Below are positions 25,411 through 36,629 of a stretch of 64,000 nucleotides of DNA, one piece after another. The position numbers and the translations under genes are program-made. The notes beneath the pieces are model-generated. The model ran no database searches and was not told the DNA's origin. It was given only the letters and a program-made list of their open reading frames with translations. The DNA lies in contig CAWAUV010000008.1 of the NCBI GenBank assembly GCA_963785305.1, positions 672,001-736,000 of the forward strand, written 5' to 3'. Source of the DNA: an uncultured Planctomycetaceae bacterium. GTDB lineage: Bacteria > Planctomycetota > Planctomycetia > Pirellulales > PALSA-1355. Each line of letters opens with the position of its first letter. The stretch's first letter is position 1.

Positions 25411-26757
25411 TCACGAGTCCGCCGGACTTTGGTTCGCGAGGTTTTGGCTCGCCGGGCTTGCGCTCGACGCCGCGGCGACCGATGGGCTGTCGGTCTTTGG
25501 ATTTTGAAACCATTGTCCGCAAACGACGATGACCAGCCCATGCAATGCCAGATTCAACGCCAGCAGAGTAACATTTCCCTCGTGGGGCCCCCATCGCAAC
25601 CCCGGAGCGACAAAACTCCAGCCCGAGACAAATTGGATTGCAAGAATCCCCAGGACCGCCGGCAGGCTGGGCCGCAATCGCGCCAGCACCGCGGGTCCGG
25701 CCAAGACGAGCGGCCAGCCATAGGTCAAGAGCCGTCCCCACCAGGCGCCGAGCATGGGCGCGGTGAAAAAGGCGATGAGCCCATAGAACATGGCGATCGC
25801 CGCCGCCGGAGGGTAGCGCCGCGGACAGGCTCGGCCATCGCGCAGTATCGCCAGTGCGACCAGGGTTGGAAACACACCGAACATCGTTGCCCAATGCACG
25901 ACAATATTCAACGGCCGCTCGACGCTGAAGCCGGCATAGCCGATGGCGCGCATTTCGCCGGTCGGAGCCCAGGCAGGCAACGTGTACGTCCACAGAGGTC
26001 GTCGGGCGTGAGTATTCGGCAGCGAGTCGACCCAGAGGTTGAGGCCCAGAAAATTGGTGGCGAAATTAAACGGCGCCTTGCATGCCAGATAGACGAGCTC
26101 GGGCATCGCATGCACATTGGGCGGGGCGCTTCGCGTGGCCCAGGCGGCGATCGCGACGCCGAGGAGCGTGGCCGCGGCCAGTGCGGCGGCCCAGCGTCGC
26201 TCGCCCTGGAAGGCGAGCGTGGGGATTGCGATCGCGGCGAGCAGGAGCGTCGATTCGCGCGTAAGCTGCATCGATAATATAATGGCGAGGCTTGTCCCGA
26301 GGCGCGGCGAGCGACGCTCCAAAAAAACAACGCGCCCAGCGCCGCGTGGAATAGATCGGGCAACAGAAACAGACGATACGTTTCTCTCAGAAAAGGCAGC
26401 GCCGGAGCAAGCGCAAAACCACCAGGGCGTGAGCCTGATTTCCGTGAGCGCAATCGCCACGCAAAACACGAGCAGCGCCGCCGAAGTCAGCACGAAAAAA
26501 CTGGTCGTGAGTTCGGTTCCCAGCAGCGACGAAAGCTGCCGCGCCAGGAGCGGCTCGAAGAATCGATTCGCGAAGGGACGCGGGGTCGTCGCGAGGCGCC
26601 CGGCCGCCATCTCGACGTAATAGACCCCATCGGCCGAGGGTGGGGCATGGATCGCGAGGCCGGGCGCCACCAGGGCGAACATGCCGCCGGCAACGAGCCC
26701 GGCGCACGCCAAAGCAGCCCACGAATTGCGGGGTCGCTTGCCATCGCATGCCGCCAT
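25411..26757 (-). CDS. Polytopic membrane protein (probably two compensating frameshifts at about 26300-26425)
   Basis: Many TM segments; the membrane-like segment LPFLRETYRLFLLPDLFHAALGALFFW lies in an alternative frame. Confidence 0.6.
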   Translation of the reverse strand: MAACDGKRPRNSWAALACAGLVAGGMFALVAPGLAIHAPPSADGVYYVEMAAGRLATTPRPFANRFFEPLLARQLSSLLGTELTTSFFVLTSAALLVFCVAIALTEIRLTPWWFCACSGAAFSERNVSSVSVARSIPRGAGRVVFLERRSPRLGTSLAIILSMQLTRESTLLLAAIAIPTLAFQGERRWAAALAAATLLGVAIAAWATRSAPPNVHAMPELVYLACKAPFNFATNFLGLNLWVDSLPNTHARRPLWTYTLPAWAPTGEMRAIGYAGFSVERPLNIVVHWATMFGVFPTLVALAILRDGRACPRRYPPAAAIAMFYGLIAFFTAPMLGAWWGRLLTYGWPLVLAGPAVLARLRPSLPAVLGILAIQFVSGWSFVAPGLRWGPHEGNVTLLALNLALHGLVIVVCGQWFQNPKTDSPSVAAASSASPASQNLANQSPADS

Positions 26758-27025
26758 GAATGCCTCCGCCCCCTGCTTGCGCTAAATCCGGCCGCTCGCC
26801 CGCCGCCAAAGAAAGCGATTGTAGCCTCGAACGGCGAGCGGCGCCCGAGCGCCTTCGCATCATCTCGGCCCGAGGCGAGTTCCCGAGAGGAGTTCCCGAG
26901 GCAAGTTCCAGAGATGGGGCGCCTTGTAAAAAGCGGCATGGCTTTTTCGCGCTCCGGTTCCGTGATACATTCGGCCCTGGGCAGGTCCTTGGGCGCCGAT
27001 TTTATCCTCGTGGGAACCAACAATC

Positions 27026-27865
27026 ATGATCGGATCATGCGTCACCGTGAGCCTTGTGCCGGAGGCCCGAGGTGGGCCGTTCGTCTTTTGGGACGATCTT
27101 CCCGCGGCTTGCGCCACGGCCCAAGAATTGGGCTTCGACGCCATCGAGATTTTTCCTTCCGATCCTCGGAGCATCGATCCCACGCGAACCCTGCGATTGC
27201 TCGCCGATCATGGCTTGCGGCTGGGCGCGATGGGCACGGGCGCGGGCTGGGTGCTCCAGCACCTGACACTCACGGCCGCCGACGCCACGGCACGCACGCG
27301 CGCCCAGGCATTCGTGCGCGCGGTGATCGACACCGCCGGCGCGCTCGGCGCCCCGGCGATCATCGGTTCGATGCAAGGCCGCTGGCAAGGCGAAGTCGGT
27401 CGTGGGCGGGCACTCTGCTATCTTGGCGAATCGCTGGCCACGCTGGGCGAACACGCCGCGCAGTTTGGCGTGCCGCTGCTCTATGAGCCGCTCAATCGCT
27501 ATGAGACTAATCTCGTGAACCGCTTGGTCGATGGGGTCGAGTTGATTCAAAAAATCGGCGCGGGTTCCACGACCGGCGCCAATGTTCGTCTGTTGGCCGA
27601 CCTATTTCACATGAATATCGAGGAAGTCGATCTCGCCGCGGCGATCCGAGACGCGGAAGGGTATATCGGGCATTTGCATTTCGTCGACTCGAATCGCCGC
27701 CCGGCCGGTTGCGGCCACATCGACTTCGCCCCCATCGGCCTGGCACTCCACGAGAGCGGCTACGATGGTCTCGCATCGGCCGAAGCGCTATCGTATCCCG
27801 ATGCGCGCACCGCCGCTCAACTGACCATCGACGCCTACCGGCGCTTTCTCTTCGATAAGCAATAA
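27026..27865 (+). CDS. Sugar phosphate isomerase/epimerase (xylose isomerase-like TIM barrel)
   Basis: GFDAIE, YEPLNRYE, DLFHMNIEE, HFVDSNR. Confidence 0.9.
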   Translation: MIGSCVTVSLVPEARGGPFVFWDDLPAACATAQELGFDAIEIFPSDPRSIDPTRTLRLLADHGLRLGAMGTGAGWVLQHLTLTAADATARTRAQAFVRAVIDTAGALGAPAIIGSMQGRWQGEVGRGRALCYLGESLATLGEHAAQFGVPLLYEPLNRYETNLVNRLVDGVELIQKIGAGSTTGANVRLLADLFHMNIEEVDLAAAIRDAEGYIGHLHFVDSNRRPAGCGHIDFAPIGLALHESGYDGLASAEALSYPDARTAAQLTIDAYRRFLFDKQ

Positions 27866-27905
27866 CTCGGCCTCGACGCTAGCGGCAGGCTCCCGCTCCC
27901 GGCCA

Positions 27906-28916
27906 TCACAACGAGCCGTTCGCCAAGCGCTCGAGCCGCGCGAGAATTTCATCGAGACGGGTTTCGATCGCCGTCCGATCGTCGAACTGTCGTCGGTCGA
28001 GGTAGATCCAACCGAGCCATTCCAAGCCGCCGAGCAGCACGGCGCTTGTGTCGAAGACCTTCATAAGGCGCCGTTCCGCGGAACCGAGCGGTCGCATCGA
28101 CTCGTAGGCCGCGAGGCCGGCTTCCCAAGCCGCGGCGTCGTCGCCCGCCAGACTGCCCAGCAATCGGGCCAAGTCGGCCGCGACACACTCGGGCTTCATC
28201 GCTCCGAAATCGATGAAGCCCGTCACCGCGTCGCCCTCGAAGAGCACATGCTCATGCCAGATGTCGCGAATCACCGGCTGCATCGGCGCGGCGATGCGAA
28301 TGGCTTCGGCCAGCGAGCGTTCAACGGACTTCGCCCCTGACCAGAATAATCGCAGCAACCGCCTGGCGCGACTCCTGAGCGCGGGCCAATCGCGATCGGC
28401 GTCGACCGCCGTGCGCAGCGTTTCGCAGCCGCCCTGCTGGAGCCAAGCCACGCGGCGGGCGCGATCGGCCAAAGTGGGCGAACAAGCCGTATGCGTTTGG
28501 GGATGGACAAACGTGGCCGCCGCCAAATGAAAACCGGCGAGCGTGGCCAGCGCGGCTTGCAGGCGTGCCCGACTCGGCGCCGCGCGAAAATCGGCTCGAC
28601 CCGGCAGCCAAGGCGTAAGTTCCCAGAACCGGCCCCCTTCGAGCACGAAGCCGAGGTCGTCGCGGGTTTTAAGCGGCGCCGGCACCCGGCAGAATCCAAC
28701 CCGACTCACATGCCACAAGACACTTTGAATGTATTCGAGCCGCTCGCGCGTCGGATGTTCGGCGGGCCAGCGGCGGAGGCAAATCGGGCCAGCCGCGGTC
28801 TCGATCCGCCAAATTCGCGCCCCGCTAAATCCGCCCGCAATCGAATCGATTCGGCGGGGCGGTCCCCAACCGGGATACTCGGCGAGCACTTTGCTCAGAG
28901 TGGCGTCGTGTTCCAT
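27906..28916 (-). CDS. APH / homoserine kinase type II-like phosphotransferase
   Basis: GGFSGA, IRDIWHEHVLF, GFIDFG, DLARLL. Confidence 0.8.
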   Translation of the reverse strand: MEHDATLSKVLAEYPGWGPPRRIDSIAGGFSGARIWRIETAAGPICLRRWPAEHPTRERLEYIQSVLWHVSRVGFCRVPAPLKTRDDLGFVLEGGRFWELTPWLPGRADFRAAPSRARLQAALATLAGFHLAAATFVHPQTHTACSPTLADRARRVAWLQQGGCETLRTAVDADRDWPALRSRARRLLRLFWSGAKSVERSLAEAIRIAAPMQPVIRDIWHEHVLFEGDAVTGFIDFGAMKPECVAADLARLLGSLAGDDAAAWEAGLAAYESMRPLGSAERRLMKVFDTSAVLLGGLEWLGWIYLDRRQFDDRTAIETRLDEILARLERLANGSL

Positions 28917-29281
28917 GCGCCCAATTGTCGAGCCAATGGCCAGGGATTGCAAACACGGTCCGAAATCGTGAACCCTCGATACCCCATCGCGAGGGGGGTG
29001 GCATGCGCGGGTGACCACGATTTTCCGGGATAAGCCGCCTCATTCATGAGGCCGAACTACCGCGAAACCAAGTGGCTCGAGCGATCTTTCGCCGTTTTAT
29101 CGTCGTGCCGGACCGCACAAACCGGCGGTTCCGTGCGTACCAAAAAAAATAGGTCTAACGGTAACAAGCTTCGCGTTCGCGATAAGATAGGCTATATTTT
29201 CTAGATGCGCCTCAAGCTATGCGGCATCTTCGTGTCGCGAGGGCGTCGTGCTTCTTTCCGCTCCATTTCTCGAGGGTTCGT

Positions 29282-32064
29282 ATGAAATCGTCGAATCGGC
29301 GTTTGGCGGCCTTGGTCGCCGCGGGGATTCTCACCGCGCAATTGGCTTGGCCGAATGCGCGCCTGGCGAAGGCGGACGACTCGTCCGTCTCCGAGGGCGA
29401 TAAACCGGCGACCTCGGGTCCGGCCGCGCCCGCCGCGGGGAGTTCGGCGGCCACGGCGCCCGCCACGGTTGCGGCCGGATCGTCGAGCGCGACGGTGGTT
29501 TCCGGCGAACGGGCCACGACCGCGGCTCCGACGCCGAAATATCCCTCCTACGCCGACACGCTCAAGGACTCGCAAGAAGTCAACGGCCTCATCAAGCTGC
29601 ATCGCAAGGGCAACCATCTCTACGCCGAGATGCCGAGCAGCCAAATGGATCGCGATTTTATCGTGTTGATCTCGATCGCTCGCGGCATCGGGAAGGGACA
29701 AATCCTGGGCGGCATGAGCTGGGGTTTTGGCGACGACTGGATTTGGCAGTTCCGCAAGGTCGACGAGCGAATTCAAATCGTGCGCCGCAATGTGCGGTTC
29801 ACCGCCCAGCACGGCAGCCCCGAGGAAAAAGCGGTGTCGATGGCCTACACCGACAGCGTGCTCTTTAGTCTTCCGATCGTGACCACGAGCTCGAGCGGGG
29901 CCTATGTCTTCGAGCTCACGCCGGTGTTCATGAGCGATCTGCCTCAGATTTCGTCGACCCTGCCCGGCTTCAGTTTCTCGGAAAACAAATCGAGTTGGGC
30001 CTCGGTCAAGGCGTTTAAGGACAACGACGAACTCGAAGTCGCGGCGACCTACGCCTCGAGCGGCACGGAGGATTTCGACTCCGTGGCCGACAGTCGCGGC
30101 GCCACGATCAATGTCCACTATTCGATCAGCCTGTTGCCGCAGACCGGCTACCAGCCGCGCCTGGCCGACGACCGCGTGGGCTACTTTCTCACGGCGGTGA
30201 AAGACTACTCGCGCAAGGGGCAAGACGACCGGTTCGTGCGGTACATCAATCGTTGGGATCTGAAAAAAGCCGATCCCTCGGCCGAAATGTCGCCGCCCGC
30301 GAAGCCGATTATCTTCTGGCTCGAGAAAACGATTCCCTATGCCTATCGCAAGCCGATTCGCGACGGGATTCTCGAATGGAACAAAGCCTTCGAGAAGGCC
30401 GGCTTCGTCAATGCGATCGAAGTTCGCCAGCAGCCCGACAACGCCGACTGGGATCCGGAAGACATCAACTACAACACGTTCCGCTGGATCACCTCGACGC
30501 CGGCTTCGCCATGGGGCCCTCGCGCGTGAACCAAAACACCGGCCAGATTCTCGACGCCGACATTATCTTCGACGCCGACTTCCTCCAGTTTTGGAAAGAA
30601 GAGTACGAGCTCTTCACTCCGGCCGGCATTGCCGAAATGACCGGCGGCCCGCTCGATCTGAAGAGCTATCAAGAAGAAATGAAGCATGCCCACAACCATC
30701 TCATGGCCCACGGCATGGGCTGCCAACTCAGCCACGGCATGTCGCGCGAGTTCGCCCTGGGCGCGTCGGTATTCGCGGCCCGCTCGAGCAGCCCGGCCGA
30801 TAAGGAAAAGCTGATCCAGCAGGGGCTCAAGGAAGTCACGATGCACGAGCTCGGCCACACGCTCGGCCTGCGGCACAATTTCAAAGCCAGTTCGATGCTC
30901 ACGTTCGACGAGATCAATGATGTGACCAAGACCCGGGACGTGGGCCTGACCGCGAGTGTGATGGACTATGCCCCCGCGAACCTGATGCCCAAGGGCGTGA
31001 ACCAGGGTGATTACTTCTCGACGACGATCGGCCCCTACGACATTTGGGCCATCGAATACGGCTACAAGCCGTTCTCCGGCGGAACCGAAGGCGAGACCGC
31101 TGAGCTCAAGAAGATCGCCGCCCGCTCGAGCGAGCCGGCGCTGGCCTTCTCCACCGATGAAGACACGCGCGGCATCGATCCCGATCCGCTCTCGAACCGC
31201 TTCGACCTGGGCAAGGACCCCGTGGCCTATGCGAAGCTGCGAGCGCAGCTCATCGGCGAGCTGTGGCCCACGGTGACAAACGATGTGATCAAGGACGGCG
31301 AAGGCTATGAGCGAGCCCGCAAGGCGTTTGGGGTGTTGCTCTCGAATCACGGACAGGCGATGTATTTCGCCTCGCGCTTTGTCGGCGGCCTGTACATGAG
31401 CCGCAATCACAAGGGGGATCCGAATTTCAAGGCGCCGTTCGCGGTGGTCGAAGTGGCGAAGCAGCGCGAGGCGCTGTCGGTGCTTGAAGACCAGATTTTC
31501 AGCGACAAGCCGTTTCACTTCCCGCCCGATCTCTACAACCACTTGGCCTCGTCGCGCTGGAGCCATTGGGGCACGAACCCGCCGCTGCGGGCCGATCTGG
31601 CGGTGCATGATGTGATCGCTCAGTGGCAGGAGCGCATTCTCACGCAGTTGCTCTCGTCGCTCACGCTCGAGCGATTGCACGACTCGGAACTGCGGCTGCC
31701 GTCGGATCAAGACGCGCTGACCACGGCCGAACTGATCGAGCGGCTCACCAAGACGATCTTCGCCGAAGCCGACAATCTGCCGGCCGGCGAATACACGAAC
31801 CGCAAGCCAGCGGTAAGCAGCATGCGGCGCAACTTGCAGCGGCTGTATTTGAAGCGACTTTCGCATCTGGCCCTGGGCGAAACGAGCGCTCCCCACGATT
31901 GCCAAACGATCGCCTTCGCGGAACTGTCGGCCTTGGACGGGAGAATCGGGAAGACGCTGCAAAACGGCGTGAAGCTCGACTCGTATTCCAAAGCCCATTT
32001 CGAGGAGACGTCGGCCCGCATTCATAAAGTGCTCGACGCGAAACTTTCGCTGCATAACCCATGA
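29282..32064 (+). CDS. Secreted metzincin-like zinc metalloprotease (DUF5117/DUF4953 type), frameshift near 30495
   Basis: Signal peptide; PRLADDRVGYF, WNKAFEKAGF, HELGHTLGLRHNF, Met-turn SVMDY. Confidence 0.88.
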
Positions 32065-32178
32065 GCCCCCGGCGCGGGGCGGGATCGCCCGCGGAACCGC
32101 TCGCGGATGTTGGCGAATCCGATCCGCGAGCTATACTTGCGCGTTCGCTCCAATATGTGGTTTCCAGGATGCCGCCCG

Positions 32179-33291
32179 ATGAATGATTGGAACAGCCTGA
32201 AGCGGTGGTTCGTGCCCATGGCGGGCGTGTCGCTCACGGCGGCGTCGCTCTTATGGGCTCAGGATACCGGAAGAACGCCGCGCTCGGGATCGCGCGCTGT
32301 TCGTTCCGCCGCCGCGCCGACCGCGAACCCGCCGGCGGCGATTGGGCCGGCGACCACCACTCCGGCAAAGGCCGCGCCGGCAAAAGCCGGGTCGGAGGCG
32401 CCCGCCGGGGTCGATGCGGCCGTGGCTGAAATTCGCGCCACGGCCCAGGCCTATTTGAAAGCCATCCACGCGGCCGACTATCGGGCCGCCGCCGGGTTTT
32501 GGAATCCGGCCGGCGACTATATCGATAGCGAGGGCGTCACGCACAATGTGCAGGCGCTGTTTGCCAAGCGGGTGGCCGAGCTCGACGCCAGCGCCAACGC
32601 CATCGTGGAACAGCCACGCGCGACCGAGGAAAAGCCACGCGAAGCTGGAGACATTGCCCGAGCGGCGTCGGAACCGGTTCCCACGATCGGCGTGATTCGG
32701 CTCATAACGCCAGACGTGGCGATCGAAGACGGTTCATGGCATCTCTCCCATGTGGCCGAGCGCCGGGCCCACATGCGATTCACCGCTGTTTGGACGCGGG
32801 CCCAGGGCAAGTGGCGACTCGACAGCCTTCGGGAATCGATCGGCGCCAACGAATCGCCGGCCGAACGGCTCAAGGCGCTGGCGTGGCTCGTTGGCGAATG
32901 GGAAGCGAGTGTCGGTTCGATGACGCTCCGCATGCGCTGCGAGTCGACCGACGAAGGCAACTTCTTGACGCGCGAACTCGAAGCCGGCCGGAATCCCGAT
33001 CGTCTGAAGCTCCTCGGCAGCCAACGCATTGGCTGGGACTCGAGCCGACATCAATTAAAGAGCTGGTTTTTCGAGGCCGATGGCGGGTCGGGCGAAGGAT
33101 ACTGGACCCACGCGGGCGATGTCTGGACCACGCGGGCAACCGTCACGCACCCGAACGGCGCCGTGGCTACCGCCGCGACGCGCTACACGCTGATCGATCC
33201 CGATCATATCCGCCTGGAGAGCACGGATATCCAGGCCGATGGCGAGAAGAAACGCGACATCACCCTCGACTTTCATCGCAAGCGTTCGTGA
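32179..33291 (+). CDS. Secreted NTF2-like (DUF4440/SgcJ-like) protein with second domain
   Basis: Signal peptide; LITPDVAIEDG, WRLDSLRE, LAWLVGEW, IGWD..KSWFFEADGG. Confidence 0.75.
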   Translation: MNDWNSLKRWFVPMAGVSLTAASLLWAQDTGRTPRSGSRAVRSAAAPTANPPAAIGPATTTPAKAAPAKAGSEAPAGVDAAVAEIRATAQAYLKAIHAADYRAAAGFWNPAGDYIDSEGVTHNVQALFAKRVAELDASANAIVEQPRATEEKPREAGDIARAASEPVPTIGVIRLITPDVAIEDGSWHLSHVAERRAHMRFTAVWTRAQGKWRLDSLRESIGANESPAERLKALAWLVGEWEASVGSMTLRMRCESTDEGNFLTRELEAGRNPDRLKLLGSQRIGWDSSRHQLKSWFFEADGGSGEGYWTHAGDVWTTRATVTHPNGAVATAATRYTLIDPDHIRLESTDIQADGEKKRDITLDFHRKRS

Positions 33292-33321
33292 CGCATTTTG
33301 GACCGCGGGAGGAGAGCGATC

Positions 33322-34140
33322 ATGGCTTTTGTTGGAAACTCTTTGGCGTTGCGACCAGCCGCGCAATTTGTTTCGTTGGCGGGTCTCGTGGCATTGGGCG
33401 GTTTTGTGGCTCAAGCCGGCCTGGAGCGCATTCCCGGCGCCGTGGCCCGAGCCGCCGAGCCGCGCCCGTCGACCGCGCCCGGCAATACATTGGCCCCTTC
33501 GGCAAACGTCCCCGAAGAGGAACATCCGACCATTGCTCGCGAGCGAGCGCGGCTCGAAGCCGAAGCGCGGGAAAAGATTCTCAACAGTCAAGAATGGCGC
33601 GAGGTGGAGCGGGCCTGGCAGCAATGGCTCAGCGTGCAACAGATTTACGACAAAAACGACGTGGCTCGGCTCAAGAACGAGTTTCATCGCCGCATCGCCG
33701 CGATGGATTCGCGACAGCTTGCCGATTTTCTGGAAGATATGCGCGACAAGATACAGGTGCTGCTCAGCCCCGAGGCGCAAAAGGCGCGGGTCTGGCTGGG
33801 CCAGTATCTGGCGGTGCATGCGGTGATTCCGAAAGAGCAATTCAAGAAGATGGTTCCTGACGTGGCGCACATGACCAGCGAGCAGATCGAAGAATCGCTC
33901 CAGGTCTGGGAAGCGCGGCAAGCGTCGGTCCGCCAAACTCAGGCGGCATTTGACGAAGGCCGCAAGCAACAAGTGGCGAATATCCTGGCCACCGAACAGC
34001 GCAACGCCGAAGCGCAAGAGCGAGCGCTCGACCGCGCTTCGCAAGACATGAACCGCTTCGCGCCCGCCGCCACCGGGCCGGGCATTCCCTATTCGCCGCC
34101 CGCGCCGCCGCAAATGAACTATTCGTTCATTCTTTGGTGA
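33322..34140 (+). CDS. Hypothetical secreted helical protein
   Basis: GGAGG RBS, N-terminal hydrophobic segment, helical Gln/Glu-rich body. Confidence 0.7.
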   Translation: MAFVGNSLALRPAAQFVSLAGLVALGGFVAQAGLERIPGAVARAAEPRPSTAPGNTLAPSANVPEEEHPTIARERARLEAEAREKILNSQEWREVERAWQQWLSVQQIYDKNDVARLKNEFHRRIAAMDSRQLADFLEDMRDKIQVLLSPEAQKARVWLGQYLAVHAVIPKEQFKKMVPDVAHMTSEQIEESLQVWEARQASVRQTQAAFDEGRKQQVANILATEQRNAEAQERALDRASQDMNRFAPAATGPGIPYSPPAPPQMNYSFILW

Positions 34141-34150
34141 AATCGCGGCC

Positions 34151-34226
34151 GCTCATGGCTCGGCGCCTCGCGAGCCGGTGTCAACTCATGGCTCGGCGCC
34201 TCGCGAGCCGGTGTCAGCTCGTGGCC
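34151..34226 (-). repeat. About 2.3 x 33-bp tandem repeat overlapping a stop codon
   Basis: ctcatggctcggcgcctcgcgagccggtgtca(a/g) twice, plus a partial copy. Confidence 0.9.
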
Positions 34227-35371
34227 GGTTGAGTCAGTTCGTCGGCGTCGAGCGGCGGCAGACCATAGCATGCGTCGAGCTCTTCCGGCATGAATACTTC
34301 GTCGGGCTCGGTGGCCTCCACTTCGCGCCGCACGCGCGAAATACACGGCGGTCGACCCATTCCATAGGTAGCCGAAGAGAAACGCCATCGGCGTCGAGAC
34401 GAGCAGCGCGTTCCAAAACTTAATGAGGCCCGCGCCGGCGGAGGCCATCGGCCAGAGTCCCTCCGAGAGGATCAGGTCCCGAGGATCATTGCCCAGGCCC
34501 CAGCTCACCGCCCAGTGGCTTAGGAGCACCAGGGCGCCGACGAACAGGTTCACCAGCAGCCACCCGGCCACGCCCACGACCGCGGCCTCGGCGGCGAAGA
34601 TCGCGTAGTAGAACGGCCGGTGAAACACATAAGTAAATGCGCGGCTGATCGCTTCGAACGCATCGGCGCCCTCGGCTCCGACGGCGGCCCAGATCAACGG
34701 CCAGCCAAAGGCGAGTCCCAACGCCAAGACCGCCAGCATCGCGCCGCCGACGATGACCAGCGGCCAGACGATGCCCGCCGCGAGCATGCCGAAGTTGAAT
34801 CGCATCATCCAGCCGACCACGGCGAGCGGCGCCGCGAAAAGCGCGAGGCACAGCAGCGTGCTGAGCGGCGCCCCCACGATTGAAATCCAGTGCCGGCCCA
34901 CGAAGCGGAGTGTCGGCTTCCAGGTGCGCGTTCTTGGCGAGCGATGCCGATCGCCGCCGAACGGGTGAGTATTCCACCCAAGAGGCTCCATACTCCAATC
35001 ACCCAGAGGCCACAAAGGCCGAGATAGCAAAATTGCCACGAGGAAACACTGGGGTCGACCGCCAGCACGAATGGCAGGCTCAACCGCGACCATGCCGCCA
35101 GCAGCGTGTGCTCGGCCAACCACTGGCCTAGCGGCTGGCCCGGAGCTCCGCCCTGCCAGGGCCATGCGGTTTCCGCCAGATTGAACGGCGAAGAGTTCGG
35201 AATATCGAACAATTCGGCGCATCCGACCCAGCCAAACAGCGTGAGCCACACCCCAAGAATGGAGAGACCCACGGAGCGGACGCCCAGCGCCAAACGCAGC
35301 GCTCGCAGAAACATAACCAGGGGAAAGAGCCGTTCGACCTCGGTCCCGTGTTCGAGTTTCTCGTTGCTCAT
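34214..35371 (-). CDS. Conserved-looking membrane protein (frameshifts near 34970 and 34335)
   Basis: Joins ORFs 34805..35371 and 34119..35249; reconstructed C-terminus LRREVEATEPDEVF...QPATS* ends at 34214. Confidence 0.65.
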
Positions 35372-36166
35372 GCCGTATTTTCGTCCGAAAAGGTGAAGAA
35401 TGAAATCTCGCGGGATGAGAACGGTTGCGATCGAATTATAATTCTCCCCCGACCGGTCACAAGCGCCGACCGGCGAGGCGCTAACGCGATGGCCGATTTC
35501 GCGCTGCCCTCGGCCCGTTCCATCGGATGCTTGCCCGAAATTCTTTTTAATGCGGAATGGACGAATTGGGCTCCCGGGGTAGGTCGCGGGCGATTGGCTC
35601 GCCCCGCGGCGCCATCGGGTGGCAGGAGCCGTCGGTGATATCAGAGTGATGACATGTGTCGCGGAACTCGACGCGGGCGCGCCATCGTCTTTGCAACATT
35701 TTCTTCCGAGACCGCCGGCCGAGCGACGGGGTTGTTTGCTGGGCGGTCCTGGAAACGCGATCTCGTTTGGGAACGGCTAAGAGTCGAATTCTTGAAGAAT
35801 TTACAAGGCCAGAAGCGGTGACGGGAAGTCATCGGGGCGCCGGTTGGGCCTGTCAAACGGTCTGTGCGCACGGCATGTTCGGTTTAAATCCCCCAGGGAG
35901 CCGAAGCCCGAATATCCGCGACGAGCGGTTTTTTCAGGATAAACGGCGCTTCCGAGCCGACCGTCGAGGATTAAACGCAACTTGTCGGCTGGTTTATATT
36001 ACGGGCAATTAACCACAATGGTCGACGCTTGATTCAGTAGCTCGCGGCGCCAAGAGTATCGAATGGCGCCGGCCGGAATCTTACCCGCTAGAGCAGCGTC
36101 ATGGGCCGCCGCTCGCGGGGGGAGCGACGACCCGTGTTTGGGACATTCGCGGTCGATGTGGTTAGC

Positions 36167-36182
36167 CGGCATACGAATTGCA
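36167..36182 (+). promoter_or_regulatory. Putative sigma54 (-24/-12) promoter
   Basis: CGGCATACGAATTGCA = GG-N10-GC with TTGC, 55 bp before ATG 36237, at the end of an ~860-bp intergenic region. Confidence 0.55.
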
Positions 36183-36236
36183 CATGACCGATATAAGTTT
36201 TCCGATTCTTCATGGCGGCTGTTATTCTGAAAGTTT

Positions 36237-36395
36237 ATGAGCAGACTTCGCATTCATTGTCCGTGCTGTGTTCGGCCTCGCACGCAGCGGAGCGACTACC
36301 GAGGACTCGAATGGCTCTGGCTATTCGTGTTCCGGCGCCCTTACAATTGCCGCGACTGTGGTTTCCGCTTTATCGCCTCGCCGTTCAAGGATTGA
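36237..36395 (+). CDS. 52-aa Zn-ribbon small protein (below the ORF-track cutoff)
   Basis: MSRLRIHCPCCVRPRTQRSDYRGLEWLWLFVFRRPYNCRDCGFRFIASPFKD: CPxC...CxxC. Confidence 0.65.
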   Translation: MSRLRIHCPCCVRPRTQRSDYRGLEWLWLFVFRRPYNCRDCGFRFIASPFKD

Positions 36396-36629
36396 CCCGC
36401 CTCGCCAGAAAACGCCCCGCCCGGGCTGATCGACCAACGGCGCCTCGGCGCCCTCGCCGGCTGGCGCCCCCCAGCAAACTCGGTTCGCGCGAATCGACTT
36501 GTCGCGTGCTGGCGGCCTCCAAGGTCGTTTGCCCGGCGATAGGCGCCAACCCGGTGGGTGACGTCGCCGGGCTCCGCGGAAACCAACCTGATGAACTTGT
36601 TCGTCGCGACCCCGAATCCGCTTTAGGAA

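Noticed and set aside
21526..26757. Acyl-CoA ligase, acyl-CoA dehydrogenase and membrane protein as a biosynthetic cluster
   Set aside because: No carrier protein, PKS or NRPS gene; consistent with ordinary fatty-acid metabolism.
35400..36160. Riboswitch or ncRNA in the long intergenic region
   Set aside because: No consensus I could recognise by eye; an Rfam/Infernal scan would be needed.
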